The translations under genes were made by a program, and so were the position numbers. This document shows positions 19,021 to 30,689 of a stretch of 64,000 bases of DNA, in pieces (the first letter of the stretch is position 1; the number at the start of each line of letters is the position of its first letter). The stretch is from an uncultured Acidobacteriota bacterium. GTDB taxonomy: Bacteria; Acidobacteriota; Vicinamibacteria; Vicinamibacterales; CAVVIG01. The notes under the pieces are model-generated. The model was not told where the DNA came from. It did no database searches and saw only the letters and a list, made by a program, of their open reading frames with translations. The stretch spans positions 153,815-217,814 of the forward strand of contig CAWBVG010000031.1 in assembly GCA_963792175.1 (NCBI GenBank), written 5' to 3'.

Positions 19021-20205
19021 ACCGTGCGCTATGACGCGATCGTGGTCGGCGTCGGCGGCATGGGCAGCGCCGCCGTCTTCGAGCTGGCGCGGCGCGGACT
19101 CCGCGTCCTCGGTCTCGAGCAGCACGACATCCCCCACGATCGCGGCTCGTCGCACGGCGTCAATCGCATCATCCGCCTGGCGTACTGGGAGCACCCGGCC
19201 TATGTCCCGCTGCTGCGCCGCGCCTACGAGTTGTGGCGAGACCTCGAGGCTCGGCGCGGGGAACAGTTGCTCTACATCACCGGCAGCGTCGACGCCGGTC
19301 GCGCCGACAGCAAGACCGTCATCGGGTCGCTGCGCTCGTGCGAGATCCACACGCTTCCGCACGAGTTGCTCGATGCGGCGCGAACTAAGCCGACGGTTCC
19401 CCGGCTATCACCTGCCGCCCGACATGATGGCGGTCCTGCAACCCGAAGGCGGGTTCGTGCTGTGCGAGCGTGCGATCGTCGAACTATGTCGAGGCGGCGC
19501 GCGGCCTCGGTGCGGACGTCCACGCACGGGAGCCGGTGGTCAGCTGGACGCCATCAGCCGGTGGCGTCGAGGTGCGAACCGGTGCGGCGACATACGAGCG
19601 CGAATCATCTCGTGCTGACGGCCGGACCGTGGACGGCCGCGCTCGTTCCGGCGCTGAAAGCGCTGGCGCGTCCGGAACGGCAGGTGATGCTGTGGACCGA
19701 GCCGCTGCGTCGCCCGCGTTCTTTCAGCTCGACGCGTTCCCGGTCTTCAACCTCGACGCGCCGGAAGGTCATTTCTACGGCTTTCCGAACTTCGGAGCGT
19801 CGGGCTTCAAGATCGGCAAGTACCATCACCGGCGCGAGGTGGTCGACCCCGATCGAGATGGATCGTGACTGTCACCCGGAAGACGAGGCGGTGCTGCGCG
19901 AGGGCATCCGACGCTACTTCCCGGACGCGGACGGCCCGGCGCTGGCGATGAAGACCTGTCTCTTCACGAACAGCCCCGACGAGCACTTCATCATCGACCG
20001 GCATCCCGCGCTGCCGCAGGTGACGCTCGCCGCCGGATTCTCCGGCCACGGCTTCAAATTCTGCAGCGTGGTGGGTGAAATCCTCGCCGAGCTGACGATC
20101 GACGGCTCGAGCCGGCACGATCTCGAGTTGTTCCGGTTGTCGCGATTCGGTCCGCTCCCGTCAGACACCCGCCAGCGATCGAGGAGCCGCGGAACCTCTC
20201 GCTGA
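19021..20205 (+). CDS. N-methyl-L-tryptophan oxidase / monomeric sarcosine oxidase family (SolA-like) flavoprotein, about 3 frameshifts
   Basis: YDAIVVGVGGMGSAAVFELARRGLRVLGLE FAD-binding fingerprint. Later frames give HLVLTAGPW, FPNFGASGFKIGKYHH and AAGFSGHGFKFCSVVGEILAEL. Confidence 0.75.
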   Translation, partial: TVRYDAIVVGVGGMGSAAVFELARRGLRVLGLEQHDIPHDRGSSHGVNRIIRLAYWEHPAYVPLLRRAYELWRDLEARRGEQLLYITGSVDAGRADSKTVIGSLRSCEIHTLPHELLDAARTKPTVPRLSPAARHDGGPATRRRVRAVRACDRRTMSRRRAASVRTSTHGSRWSAGRHQPVASRCEPVRRHTSANHLVLTAGPWTAALVPALKALARPERQVMLWTEPLRRPRSFSSTRSRSSTSTRRKVISTAFRTSERRASRSASTITGARWSTPIEMDRDCHPEDEAVLREGIRRYFPDADGPALAMKTCLFTNSPDEHFIIDRHPALPQVTLAAGFSGHGFKFCSVVGEILAELTIDGSSRHDLELFRLSRFGPLPSDTRQRSRSRGTSR

Positions 20206-21342
20206 ATCGTGCCGAGTGCGCTCCGATGCCGGATTGGGCGAGAAGCGGCCGATCCGCAGCACCCTCGCCGCCGTCACCGCCAGGAGCGCGCCGCCGACCG
20301 TCACGAGCGCGCCGACTTTCGTCTCCGCCAGAACCGGACCTGGCGCCATCGCCGCGGTAGCGAGGAAGAGTCCAAAACTGCACGCGGTTGACGATGCGAG
20401 TGCGACCACCACGAGCTCTCGTCGTCCGACGCCGCGAGGCAGGTGGAGGCCGCAGGCGACAGCCACGCCTGCGGCGGCCAGCATCCCAAGAGGCTTGCCG
20501 GCGAACGCCGCAATCGCGATGGCCTTCGTCGCGGTGCCGATGTCCTTGAACATCACGCCCGCGTTGACGAGGGCGAACAACAACAGCCCGACCTGTGATG
20601 GCACACTCCAGATGCGATCGAATCGGCTCAGGCCGTCGTCATGAGAGATGGTGGATCGTGACTGGCGGTGTCCAACGAGAAACGGGATGATCGGCACCAG
20701 CGCGAACGCGGGGTGCAATCCGCTCAGGAAGAATCCGCACCAGGAGGACGCGCCCGCGATCAGCACGACTGGCCAGAAGCTGGTCACGCCGGCACGACGG
20801 AACGCCACCGCGATGCCGACGCCGGCGGCGATGAGCGCGATGCCGGCCAGATGCTGCTCGCCGACAGGATAGAGCAGCTCCACGACGACCGCGCCGCACA
20901 AGTCGGCGGCGACGCCGAGCAGCAGGAAGAACGGGATCGCGGCGTGGCGCCGAAAGATCCCTCGCACGAGGACGTATCCGACCACCAGATCGACGGCCCC
21001 GGCCACCGGCCAGCCTCGACTGAGCACCGACAGTTCATCGCCGGTCCGCAGGTAGGCGAAGTAGGCGAGCGTGGCGCCGATCATGCCGCCGACCGCCGAC
21101 ACGAACGGCAGCGCCATCCGGCGCCACGTATACAACGCGCTGCCCGGTGACGCGGCGTCAACAATCTCTGCGGTGACCAGCGCGAAGAACACCGCCATGC
21201 CGATGTCGTTCACCGGAAACGACCAGGCGCGAGCGAACACGAAGTACGTCTCCGGCTGACTGTTGGCCCAGATCAGCGCGACCGCCGCGCCGATCGGAAA
21301 CGCGAAGACATGGCTGGCGGCGAAGCGCTGCATGCGGGTCAT
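20161..21342 (-). CDS. nhaA: Na+/H+ antiporter NhaA
   Basis: ALIWANS near the N-terminus and about 11-12 TM helices; the protein is about 390 aa. Confidence 0.8.
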   Translation of the reverse strand: MTRMQRFAASHVFAFPIGAAVALIWANSQPETYFVFARAWSFPVNDIGMAVFFALVTAEIVDAASPGSALYTWRRMALPFVSAVGGMIGATLAYFAYLRTGDELSVLSRGWPVAGAVDLVVGYVLVRGIFRRHAAIPFFLLLGVAADLCGAVVVELLYPVGEQHLAGIALIAAGVGIAVAFRRAGVTSFWPVVLIAGASSWCGFFLSGLHPAFALVPIIPFLVGHRQSRSTISHDDGLSRFDRIWSVPSQVGLLLFALVNAGVMFKDIGTATKAIAIAAFAGKPLGMLAAAGVAVACGLHLPRGVGRRELVVVALASSTACSFGLFLATAAMAPGPVLAETKVGALVTVGGALLAVTAARVLRIGRFSPNPASERTRHDSARGSAAPRSLAGV

Positions 21343-22200
21343 GGCCGGGGTCCCTTCTGAAGCACACCCGAATCAACGGTCTTTCCGGTTCGGCTGACGG
21401 CTCGAAACGACAGATTGGTACCGGCCACCTCGACGAGCATGAAGCTCTGATCCTGATCGAAGCCCGCGGCGGTCGTGTCCGATTGCCGCAGGTTTCCTTT
21501 GCGCACCTGGCCCGCGGCGCCGGAGACGAAGTAGTGAATCCCGCGTTGAGGCTTGAGACGCTCGTAGACGTGGTCGTGACCGGAAAACACCACGTCGACG
21601 CCGTGCCTCGTGAAGATCGGCTCGAGGATCACGCGCAGATCGACCTGCGCCCCATGACGGCCGCCGTTCGAATAGAGCGGGTGATGGAAGAAACAGATTT
21701 TCCACTCGTCGCGCGACCCTTTCAGCGAGTCGTCGATCCACGACCGCTGCTTGTCGTCGAGGTAGTCGCTGTCCAGCACGAAGAAGCGTGACGTTGCCCT
21801 TCGCAAAGGTGTAGTAGCGTTCGCCGCCCATGTTGAACGGCTGATAGAAACGGTTGCTCGGATTGTCGTGGTTGCCGAGTGCCGCGTAGAAGCGAACGCC
21901 CGCGTCGAGCAGCGGCCGGTACGGCAACTCGAATTTCTGCACGAAGTCCTTCGGCGTCTGTCCGCCGTAGATGTTGTCGCCGAGCATCAAGACCATCTCG
22001 AAGGGAAACTGTTCGCGGGCGATGACCATCTGGCGCGCGACCTCGTATTCGTAGCGATCGCCGGTTCCGTTGTCGCCAATCACGGCGAACCGGAGGGCGT
22101 CGGGCCGCGCGGCCGGCGCCTGCGCCGCCGGAGAGCGCAGGGCGCCGGCCGAACCGATCGCGACGAGGACCGCAATCAGGATCCGCACAGCGGCCTCACT
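21339..22200 (-). CDS. calcineurin-like metallophosphoesterase (purple-acid-phosphatase-like), one frameshift
   Basis: LRFAVIGDNGTG, MLGDNIYG and ALGNHD motifs in ORF 21373..22350. The C-terminal half (FHHPLYS, VVFSGHDHVYER) continues in ORF 21339..21806. Confidence 0.75.
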
Positions 22201-23210
22201 TGCCGGCGCCAGCGGCCGCCGGGGTGCGGTTTGGCGTCGAGGTCGGCCTCTCCGCGGCGAGGCGCTCGCCCTCCGCGATCTTGGTGAACAATCGCCGGAT
22301 GTAGCGTTCAGCTTCGGCTGGAGGATAGCCACCGGCACGAAACGCCTCACGCCATTGCGAGTGGCTGATCCCGGTCAGCAGGTCGCACGCCCACTGCATG
22401 TCCTGGGGCGTGATTCGATGACGAAGGAGCTCCTGGTGCCAGCCGTGGTAATTGAACTCGACGTAGCCATCGTTGACGCCGTTGACGAAGCGCAGACGTT
22501 CGAACAGATCGGGGTCGCTGCGCTTTGGCTTGAGGCGCCCGGTCTCGCCCAGCGCCGTGCCGAGATCGCGTACGACGTACCACAGGCGAGGCTCGCTGCC
22601 GGGCACGTTCGCCGCGTACAGGGTGTTGTTGATGTTCTTGAGGTCCGAGCTGCCAAACATCGTCAGGATGACCAGCAGACCCTGGTAGGGCTTGCGTCCC
22701 GACGAATGGGTTCTGCTGCCACGACCACTGTCCGCGTTTGACGAGCGCGTTCGTCTTCAACCTGAATCGTCCGCCCGGCTCGGTGTGGGTGCCGCTCGCG
22801 TCGGTCATCGCGAACGACGGCACGAAGTAGACGGGCGGCTGGTGATAGCCAACAGCGGACAGCACCCGCGAGAGGACGACTTCGACCGGCGCCTCGGAGC
22901 CCTGGTTGCCGTGGGGCGCCTGCTTGACGTGCCACTCGCGCCCTTCCGGGTCCGTGACCACGACTCCGGGATTCGTTCCGTGTTGCTTCCGCCCGACGAA
23001 CGTATAGGTCGCCGTCGGATCCGGAGCACGTTCCGGACCCCACGGGCCGTGGAACAGATCGCGTGCCGCGAGATCCTGCGGCTTCTCCCAGAGCTGCGTC
23101 ATGGTCGCTTCCCCCGGTCGGACGGTGGGCTTGACGTGAGCCGCGCACATCGGGATGTACACCGCGAAGAGCGCAGGCGCGACGAACTTGGTCATGGTGG
23201 TGAGCATGGC
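22196..23210 (-). CDS. secreted hypothetical protein, one frameshift
   Basis: MLTTMTKFVAPALFAVYIPMCAAHV signal peptide. Two ORFs (22347..23447 and 22196..22660) join with protein-like sequence across the junction. Confidence 0.45.
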
Positions 23211-23220
23211 AACCTCCCAA

Positions 23221-24414
23221 TCAAGGCACGTACGGCGCGATCGCCCGGTTCGGCAACGCCAGCGGCGCCGAGAAGCTGACCAGCGCGCGCGTGCCTTCTT
23301 CGCCGCGCGCGACGTCGAGCCGAACCAGCATGCGCGTGGCGGAATGCAGGCGAAGCCCGGCACCGTAGTCGGTGTAGATCTTGCGCGAGAGCAGATTCGA
23401 GGCCGAGGCGACGCTTCCCGCGTCGTAGAACACCGCGGCGTCGACACGCCGCAGGATGGGCCACCGGTATTCGGCGTTCATCAACAGCATGTCGCGGTCT
23501 CTGAACCGGTAATCAAGGTAGCCGCGCAGACTGTTGGATCCACCGAGCGAGGGCAGCAGGTAGAACGGCACCTCCTGCCCCGGCCCTGTCTGCGACACGT
23601 CGATTCGTCCTCTGAACGCCAGCACCGATCGACCGAGTGGCACATACTGGGCCGCGTCAGCTTCGAATCGCCGGAAGCTGTAGCGCGCCAGATCCCGATC
23701 GTGAAACATCGCGACCGACGCCCGATAGCGGCCGCCGCTCGAGGGATAGCCGGGCCTGTCCAACGTATTCACATCGACCGCCACGTCGGCGTGAACGTAA
23801 TTCGGTTGCTGCGTCAGGCCGGGTGCTCCGATCTCGTCGAAGCGCTCCGCGGTCGACGGATAGAGCGTGCTGAGGCCGCGGTCGATCGCCAGGCGCTGCA
23901 GTAAACCGGCGCGGCCCGTCACCGACAGCCAGGGCTTGAGTCGCGCCGTGCCGAAGGCCAGCGCGTCGAGATCTTTCAAGCGATAGTCGGTCCGGTCGCT
24001 CTTCAACGAGCGGCTGCCGATCCCGAAGAAGTTGATTTGCGTGAAGTCCTGATACTTCACCTGCCCGCCGAGCGACAGGCGGTGGTGGAGGAGTTGTGGC
24101 CACTCGATATCGGAGCGCATCATCGTGTAGCGTCGTGGCGATACAGCGGCCGAGGCGCGCACGATGGCGCGGTCGCCGAAGAGACGATGTCGATAGCCAG
24201 GGCCGACCGAAATCCCGCCGCCGGGAATGATCCCGCCGAACTCTGGGAAGAATCCATCGCTGGCCGGGGCGGCGCCGTCGATTCTGGTTTCGGCCCAGAG
24301 GTAGCCGCGCGCGAGCGGGCCCGGTCCACGTTGAGGCGTCTGGGTCTGGTCCGGCAGCTGCAATGGATCGGCGGGTCTGGTGTCCTGCGCGCCTGCGCCT
24401 GGCAGCGCACGCAC
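23221..24414 (-). CDS. outer-membrane beta-barrel protein, Omp85/surface-antigen (D15)-like
   Basis: Alternating beta-strand pattern throughout. The C-terminus has aromatic-rich strands (YTDYGAGLRLHSATRMLVRLDVARG). Confidence 0.6.
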   Translation of the reverse strand: MRALPGAGAQDTRPADPLQLPDQTQTPQRGPGPLARGYLWAETRIDGAAPASDGFFPEFGGIIPGGGISVGPGYRHRLFGDRAIVRASAAVSPRRYTMMRSDIEWPQLLHHRLSLGGQVKYQDFTQINFFGIGSRSLKSDRTDYRLKDLDALAFGTARLKPWLSVTGRAGLLQRLAIDRGLSTLYPSTAERFDEIGAPGLTQQPNYVHADVAVDVNTLDRPGYPSSGGRYRASVAMFHDRDLARYSFRRFEADAAQYVPLGRSVLAFRGRIDVSQTGPGQEVPFYLLPSLGGSNSLRGYLDYRFRDRDMLLMNAEYRWPILRRVDAAVFYDAGSVASASNLLSRKIYTDYGAGLRLHSATRMLVRLDVARGEEGTRALVSFSAPLALPNRAIAPYVP

Positions 24415-24664
24415 AGACAGCCGTGAACACGATTGCGCGAATGAACGGTGTGATCATCGCAATTCTCCTTGTGCTATCTGTCAACGCCGATACGCGCGGG
24501 ACCGAACAGCAGCGGAGAACACGATGTGTCGGTGTGCGCGCAGGATCTATCCGTTCGGATAGGTCCGGCGACAAATGGTGAGTGGTGTCAGAAGAGACTG
24601 AAGATCGATTCGACGAGCCGGCGCGCAGGTCGCGGCTGAGAACGCGATGCGCGTTGAGGCGAGA

Positions 24665-25502
24665 TCAGAGCGGATTCAAGGACGAACAGACAGGTCGCGT
24701 GCCGACTGGAAGCGCGCGTCGGGACTCTTCTCCAGACAGTGTCGAATGACGCGCTCGAGCTCGGTCGACACACCTTCGCGATCGGGAAGCACCGGCGGAT
24801 CGTCCTTGAGAATGGCGTGCAGCGTTTCGACCGCGGAATCGCCATGAAACGGCGCGACGCCGGAGATCATTTCGTGCAGGATGACGCCGAGGCTGAAGAT
24901 GTCGGACCGCTCGTCTGCGGCGCCGCCGCGCACCTGTTCCGGCGACATGTAGCCGACGGTTCCGAGGAGCGTGCCCGGCGTCGTCGAGGCGGTCGGATCG
25001 TGCGGGCACCCCAGCGTCACGTTCCGGCATTTCGCCAGACCGAAGTCGAGGATTTTCACCCGCCCGTCGCTCGGTGACGAAGATGTTCTCGGGCTTGAGG
25101 TCGCGGTGGACGACATCAAGATGATGCGCGGCGATCAGTCCGCGTGCGATCTCCAGGGCGTACGCGATCGCCGTCCGCACCGGGACCGCGCCGTTCTTCA
25201 GGCAGCCTCGGAGCGTTTCGCCGCGCAGCAACTCGGAGACGACATACGGCAGGCCCTGATCCGATCCCACGTCGTAGACGGCGACGATGTTCGGGTGGTT
25301 GACCAGCGCCGTGGTGCGCGCTTCCTGCGCGAACCGCGCCAGGCGATCGGCATCCGTCGTGACGCTCGGCGGCGAGCACCTTCAGCGCGACCGGCCGATC
25401 GAGGCGCGTGTCGCGCGCGCGGTAGACGTCGCCCATGCCGCCGGAGGCGAGGAAGCCATCGACCTCGTAGGGTCCGAGCCTGTGACCGGCTTCTAACCTC
25501 AT
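24665..25502 (-). CDS. Ser/Thr protein kinase, frameshifted
   Basis: GGMGDVYRARD...VALKVL in one frame; HRDLKPENIF, DFGLAK and GTVGYMSPE in the adjoining frames. Confidence 0.8.
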
Positions 25503-25737
25503 GTTTCCGTCAACGCGGCACCCTGGCCGATCCGAACAGCCGGGCGCGCTGTTCGCTGCGGGCGGATCGGTCGTTATAGAGGGCGGTGAGGATGCGCTTA
25601 CCGCCGGCGGGTCACCGCGATCGCGGCAAGACGGCTATCGCTCTGATAGGCTTGAAGTTCGCTCTTCAAACCGATGGCGGGAAGCCCTATGATACGGTTC
25701 CCGACGAGAATCAGCATTGCGCCTGCGCTAGCAACCA

Positions 25738-26312
25738 TGGATGACCCCCGTGTGGGCGATGCGCGTGTCGGTGACCGGCAGGCGGACGCCGCATCCGCGG
25801 TCGATTCGACGTTCGATCTCGTCGAACGCGCCAAGTCGGGCGACCGCGACGCGCTCAATCGGCTGTTCGCGCGCTACCTGCCGCCGCTGCGCCGATGGGC
25901 GAGCGGCCGCCTTCCGCGCTGGACCCGCGACCTGATGGACACCGACGACCTCGTCCAGGAAACGGTGTTCCGCGCCGTCAAGCGGATCGATCGCTTCGAG
26001 TCGCGCCACGAGGGCGCGCTGCAGGCCTATCTGCGCCAGGCGATCGTGAACCGCATTCGCGACGAAGTGCGGCGCAGCAAACGATGCGCCGGCGACGGTG
26101 GCGCTCGACGACAACGCGAGCGATCGCGCGGCGTCGCCGCTGGAGGCGGCGATCGGCGCGAGGCGGTCGAGCGCTACGAGGCGGCGCTGGCGCGGCTGCG
26201 TCCGGAGGAGCGCGAAGCGATCGTCGCGCGCGTCGAGATGGACGGCAGTTATCAGGAGGTCGCGCAGGCGCTCTGGGCAAGCCGTCGGCCGACGCGGCGC
26301 GCATGGCCGTGA
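25738..26312 (+). CDS. ECF-type RNA polymerase sigma factor, possibly one frameshift
   Basis: Region 2 (LVQETVFRAVKRIDRFE...LQAYLRQAIVNRIRDEVRR) and region 4 (LRPEEREAIVARVEMDGSYQEVAQAL). Confidence 0.75.
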
Positions 26313-26348
26313 GCCGCGCGTTGCTGCGCCTGGCAGAGGAGATGAGCC

Positions 26349-28980
26349 GTGAGCAGGCCTGACGCGGCGGCGCTGTTGCCGCTCGCCGAATCGATTGCCG
26401 ACGGCGGCGCCGTCGACTGGGAGGCGGCCGAAGCGAGCGCGACCGCCGAACGAGCGCGCCGTCATCCGTCAACTGCGCGTGTCTGTCGAATCTGGCGGCG
26501 CTGCATCGCAGCCTGCCGGGCGGCGAGCCTGGTCGTCGCCGCCGACCTCGCCGAAGCGGGCGCGTCGCCGGCGATCGGGAGCTGGGCGCATCTGACGCTG
26601 CTCGAGCGGCTGGGCGGCGGCACGTTCGGCGACGTCTATCGCGCCTGGGATCGCCATCTCGAACGCGAGGTCGCGCTGAAGCTGCTGCAGCGCCGACGAG
26701 CCGGTCGACGATCTGCACGCGTCGCGGATCGCCGCGGAAGGCCGGCTGCTTGCGCGCGTCCGTCATCCGAACGTGGTGACCGTGCACGGCGTGGACGATC
26801 CACGAGCAGCGCGTCGGCCTCTGGATGGAGCTGGTGCGTGGCGCGACGCTCGAGCAGCGGCTGCAGGAGCACGGTCCGTTCGAGCGCGCGCGAGGCGGCG
26901 CTGGTCGGCATCGATCTGTGCCGCGCGCTCGCCGCGATTCACGCGGCCGGGCCTGATTCATCGCGACGTCAAGGCGCAGAACGTCATGCGCGAGGACGGC
27001 GGCCGCATCGTCCTGATGGATCTCGGCACCGGACGCGAGGCCGATCACGAGCGGCCGTCGGGCGCTGCCACGACCTGGCCGGCACGCCGCTCTATCTCGC
27101 GCCGGAAATCTTCGACGGCGCGCCCGCCAGCGAGCGAACCGATCTCTACAGCCTCGGCGTGCTGCTGTATCACCTGGTCACCGGCTCGTTTCCGGTGCGC
27201 GCGACGACGATCGACGAGCTGCAAGCGCGGCACCGCGACGGGACCGGCGTCAGGCTGCGCGACGCGCAGAGCGGATCTGCCGACCGCGTTCGTGCGGGTC
27301 GATCGACAAGGCGATCGCGGCCGATCCATCCCGGCGCTACGCGAGCGCCGGCGCGCTCGAAGCCGATCTCGTCGAGGCGCTCGACGGACGACGCCGGTCA
27401 GAGCGGGCCGCCAACGGCGGCTGGCCGCAGACCGGCACGCCGGTGCGCATCGCTGCTCGGCGTCGTCGCGGTGCTGCGGCGCTCGTTGCCGCCGCCGCGC
27501 TGCGGTATTCATCGGCGTGGCCGAGCGCTGCGCCGCGTCGCGAGCCGCCAGGCGCGGTGTGAGCCCATCCGCTCGATTGCCGTGCTGCCGCTGGCGAACC
27601 TGTCCGGCGATCCGTCGCAGGAGTACTTCGCCGACGGCATGACCGACGAGATGATCGGGACGCTCGGGCAGCTGGGCGGGCTCGACGTGATTTCACGCAC
27701 GTCGACCATGCAGTTCAAGGGATCGAAGAAGCCGCTGCCGGAGATCGCCCGGGCGCTGCACGTCGATGCGGTGCTCGAGGGCTCGGTGCTTGGTCGTCTC
27801 GGAGACGCCAGAACCCGCAGCCGGCCGGGCCGAAGCGGGTGCGCATCAACGCCCGGCTGATCCAGGCGGGCACGGACACGCAGCTCTGGGACCGAACGTT
27901 CGAAGCGGTGGCCTCGGATACTCTCGGCCTTGCAGAGCGAGGTCGTCAAGGCCGTCACCACGGGCATAGACTGCGCCTGTCGGCGAACGGCGCCGACCGG
28001 GCGACCGCGCAGGATTTCGAGGCGTTCGATCTCTACTTGAAGGGGCGCTACTACTGGAACCTGCGCACGAAAGAGGGGTTGTCTCAAAGCGTCCGATACT
28101 TCGAGGAAGCCATTGCGCGCGATCCGCGCTATGCCGCTGGCCTACAGCTGGCCTGGCGGAAGCTACATGATGCTCTCGACTTACGGTTCATTTCGACGCT
28201 GAAGGGACTGCCCGCGCCGGTCGCGCGGCGTCGCGGGCACTGGAGTTGGACGACACATTGGCGGAGGCATATGCCTCGCTCGGCGTTCATTGAGGACGAT
28301 CGAACTCGAATGGGCAGCTGCCGAAACGAGTTTCAAACGCGCGCTCGATCTCAATCCGGGCTATTCCAATGCTCACCATTGGTATGCGTCGCATCTGGCG
28401 CAGCGAGGAGAGTTCTCGGCAAGCGATCGGAGAGATTCAGAAGGCATCGATACTGGATCCGCTGTCTGCCACCGTGCAAAGCGAGCTGGGCATCATCCTG
28501 TCTTTCTCGCGCCGATTCGATGGGGCGATCGTCCAGAGCGAGAAGACCCTGTCGATGGACCCGAAGTTACCACGCGTTCACATTGCCCGAGCGCCAAGGC
28601 GTATGCGCCAAAACGCGCGATGTTTATCGCGCGTTCGCGGCGTTGGGCCGCGCGGCCGCGCTCGACCCCCAGGGAGTCATCGAACTGGGCACGATCGGGC
28701 GCGCACCATGGCGGGCCGGCAGGCGGCGCGAGGCGCTGGACTCGCCGCCAATCTGGCGGCGCCACTTCGCCGCGCGCGAAGGGCACCGGGTCGATGTGGC
28801 GGCGGCCATCTTACGCGGACAGCGGGGATCCCGATCGGGCGTTCACATGGCTGGAACGGCGCGCCAAGCGCGCGATCCATGGGTGGCCGCCTCCAAGTCG
28901 ATCCGTGGTTTGAGCGGCGTGCGAAAGGATCGGCGGTTCGGTCAGCTGCGTGACGAGGTCGGGACTGGCACAGTAATATA
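26349..28980 (+). CDS. Ser/Thr protein kinase with C-terminal TPR region, several frameshifts
   Basis: LGGGTFGDVYRAWD...VALKLL, HRDVKAQNVM, GTPLYLAPE, then SIAVLPLANLSGDPSQEYFADGMTDEMI and TPR-like segments (DFEAFDLYLKGRYYWNLR; RALDLNPGYSNAHHWYASHL). It lies directly downstream of the ECF sigma gene. Confidence 0.7.
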
Positions 28981-29429
28981 GCTCGCCGCCGGCACATCGC
29001 AGACCCGTCACAGCCGGTGGAGGAGGGGCGATGAGCGAACACTCTGGTGGATTCCTGGTTGACCTGGCGATGAATCGGGCCGGATGGCAGAGTTTTCTGA
29101 CGATCCAGAGCCGTGCTGAGTGGCACTCGACTGAGCAAGGACGAACGCGCCGCAGTGCTTTCGGGCAATGGCGAGTGTCATGCCGTGTCCGCGGTCCGGT
29201 GGCGATTGGCAATGTCCAGAACGTGGCGGTCGGAAACGTCAACAACGTGTTTCTGGAACGTCCAGAATCTTGGCTCGGTGGCCGTCGTTGCGGGCGGCAT
29301 CCGGATCAGAGGACAGGCGGACGAAGAAAGCGGGCAGCTCCGAAGAAGGCAAGTGCCCCGGCCAATCGCCAGCAAATGAAGCTGCGAGTCACTCCGCCGC
29401 GCACGGTCCGCGGGCGGGTCGAACGTCTT

Positions 29430-30143
29430 TCTGAAGGACGACCGTCAGGCGGGTCGCTCGTCGTGGCCGGCGTCGGGATCCAGCTCGTTGCGACATCGAC
29501 GCTCGAAACGCTGGCGTGCATTGAGACGCGCCGAAAAGCTGTTCTATCTGGTCGACGAACCGGCCGCCGAATTGTGGACTCAAGCGACTGAATCCTACAC
29601 GCGAATCGCTCGAGGAACGCTACAGAGGAAGGGAAGCCCGCGACAAGCGGAGTACGGGAAATGACAGCCCGGATCGTGACGGCCGTGCGGGCTGGAAAGC
29701 GCGTGTGTGCGGCATTTCTACGGCCATCCCGGTGTGCTTCGTCGAATCAGCCCCCACGAGCCGTCCGCGGCTGCGTCGCAGAGGGCCTTCGACGCGCGGA
29801 TGCTGCCGGAATCTCGGCCGAGGCCTGTCTATTTGCAGACCTCGAGCTTGATCCTGGGGCGCGGCTGCCAGAGCTTCGAAGCTACGGACTTTCTTGCGCC
29901 GGCGCCGCTCCGATCCGTCGAGCCCCTTCTGCTGTGGCAGGTTGGTACGCTCGGGGAGGCCAGCGTCAGGTCCGAAGATGTGGCCTCGGCCGAACGGCTT
30001 CGACTCTGGCCGCGATTTTCGGCGTCACTACTCAGCGCGGCATCCTGATCGTTCTGTACGAAGCACTGACGTTGCCCGTCTGTGACCCGATCATCCGGCG
30101 GGTTCCGTATCGACCCTGGCAGCTGAGACGATCGCTCCCGTGA
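29430..30143 (+). CDS. tetrapyrrole-methylase-fold (class III SAM MTase) family protein, fragmented
   Basis: GSLVVAGVGIQLVATSTLETLACIERAEKLFYLV (N-terminal G-x-G motif) and MTARIVTAVRAGKRVCAAF followed by YGHPGV after a frame change (GKrVa..sGDPgv-like). Confidence 0.35.
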
Positions 30144-30229
30144 CGCATGTATCTCCCGCCGCTCCCCCAAGGACGCCCGATCCACGGATCCGGCGATGGT
30201 TCAACCAGTAGCTGCTTTGAAATCGGACT

Positions 30230-30619
30230 TCAAAGCGGACACCACCGTCCCGCGACCGGAAGGTAGCCCCGCAGTTTCGTCATCGCCGCCTCGATGTCAC
30301 CTGCCGTAATGAACGCTCGTCGGTCCATGGCGGCCCATGCCGCGGCACCCTCGCCCATCGCCTTTGCATAGGCGAACACGTACTTGCGCTCCCGCCTCCA
30401 GGCAGACCGCCAGCCGGGGTCTTCGAGCGCCAGCAGAATTCTCGGAATGAACTGCGCCTGAAGCGACAGTTTCGCCGAGAGGTCCAGGGCCAGGCCTCTG
30501 GCCCCGTGTTCGACGGCCGCAAGCGTCGTATCGGCGATCGCCTCCGCCGCGGCGGCGACGGTTGGATCCAGTATGTTGCGCACACTTCGATAAACGACGC
30601 TGTCGCGACGACCGAACAA
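30230..30619 (-). CDS. hypothetical protein
   Basis: ORF only. Confidence 0.25.
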   Translation of the reverse strand: MFGRRDSVVYRSVRNILDPTVAAAAEAIADTTLAAVEHGARGLALDLSAKLSLQAQFIPRILLALEDPGWRSAWRRERKYVFAYAKAMGEGAAAWAAMDRRAFITAGDIEAAMTKLRGYLPVAGRWCPL

Positions 30620-30689
30620 ACGGGGACCAGCACGCGCCAGTTGAGCGGGCCGCCGTTAGCAGCCCGTGGCGTCGGCCGCTGCTATTTGA

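Noticed and set aside
26349-26500. Separate small anti-sigma factor gene between the ECF sigma and the kinase
   Set aside because: No independent ORF with an RBS. The segment is continuous with the kinase reading frame.
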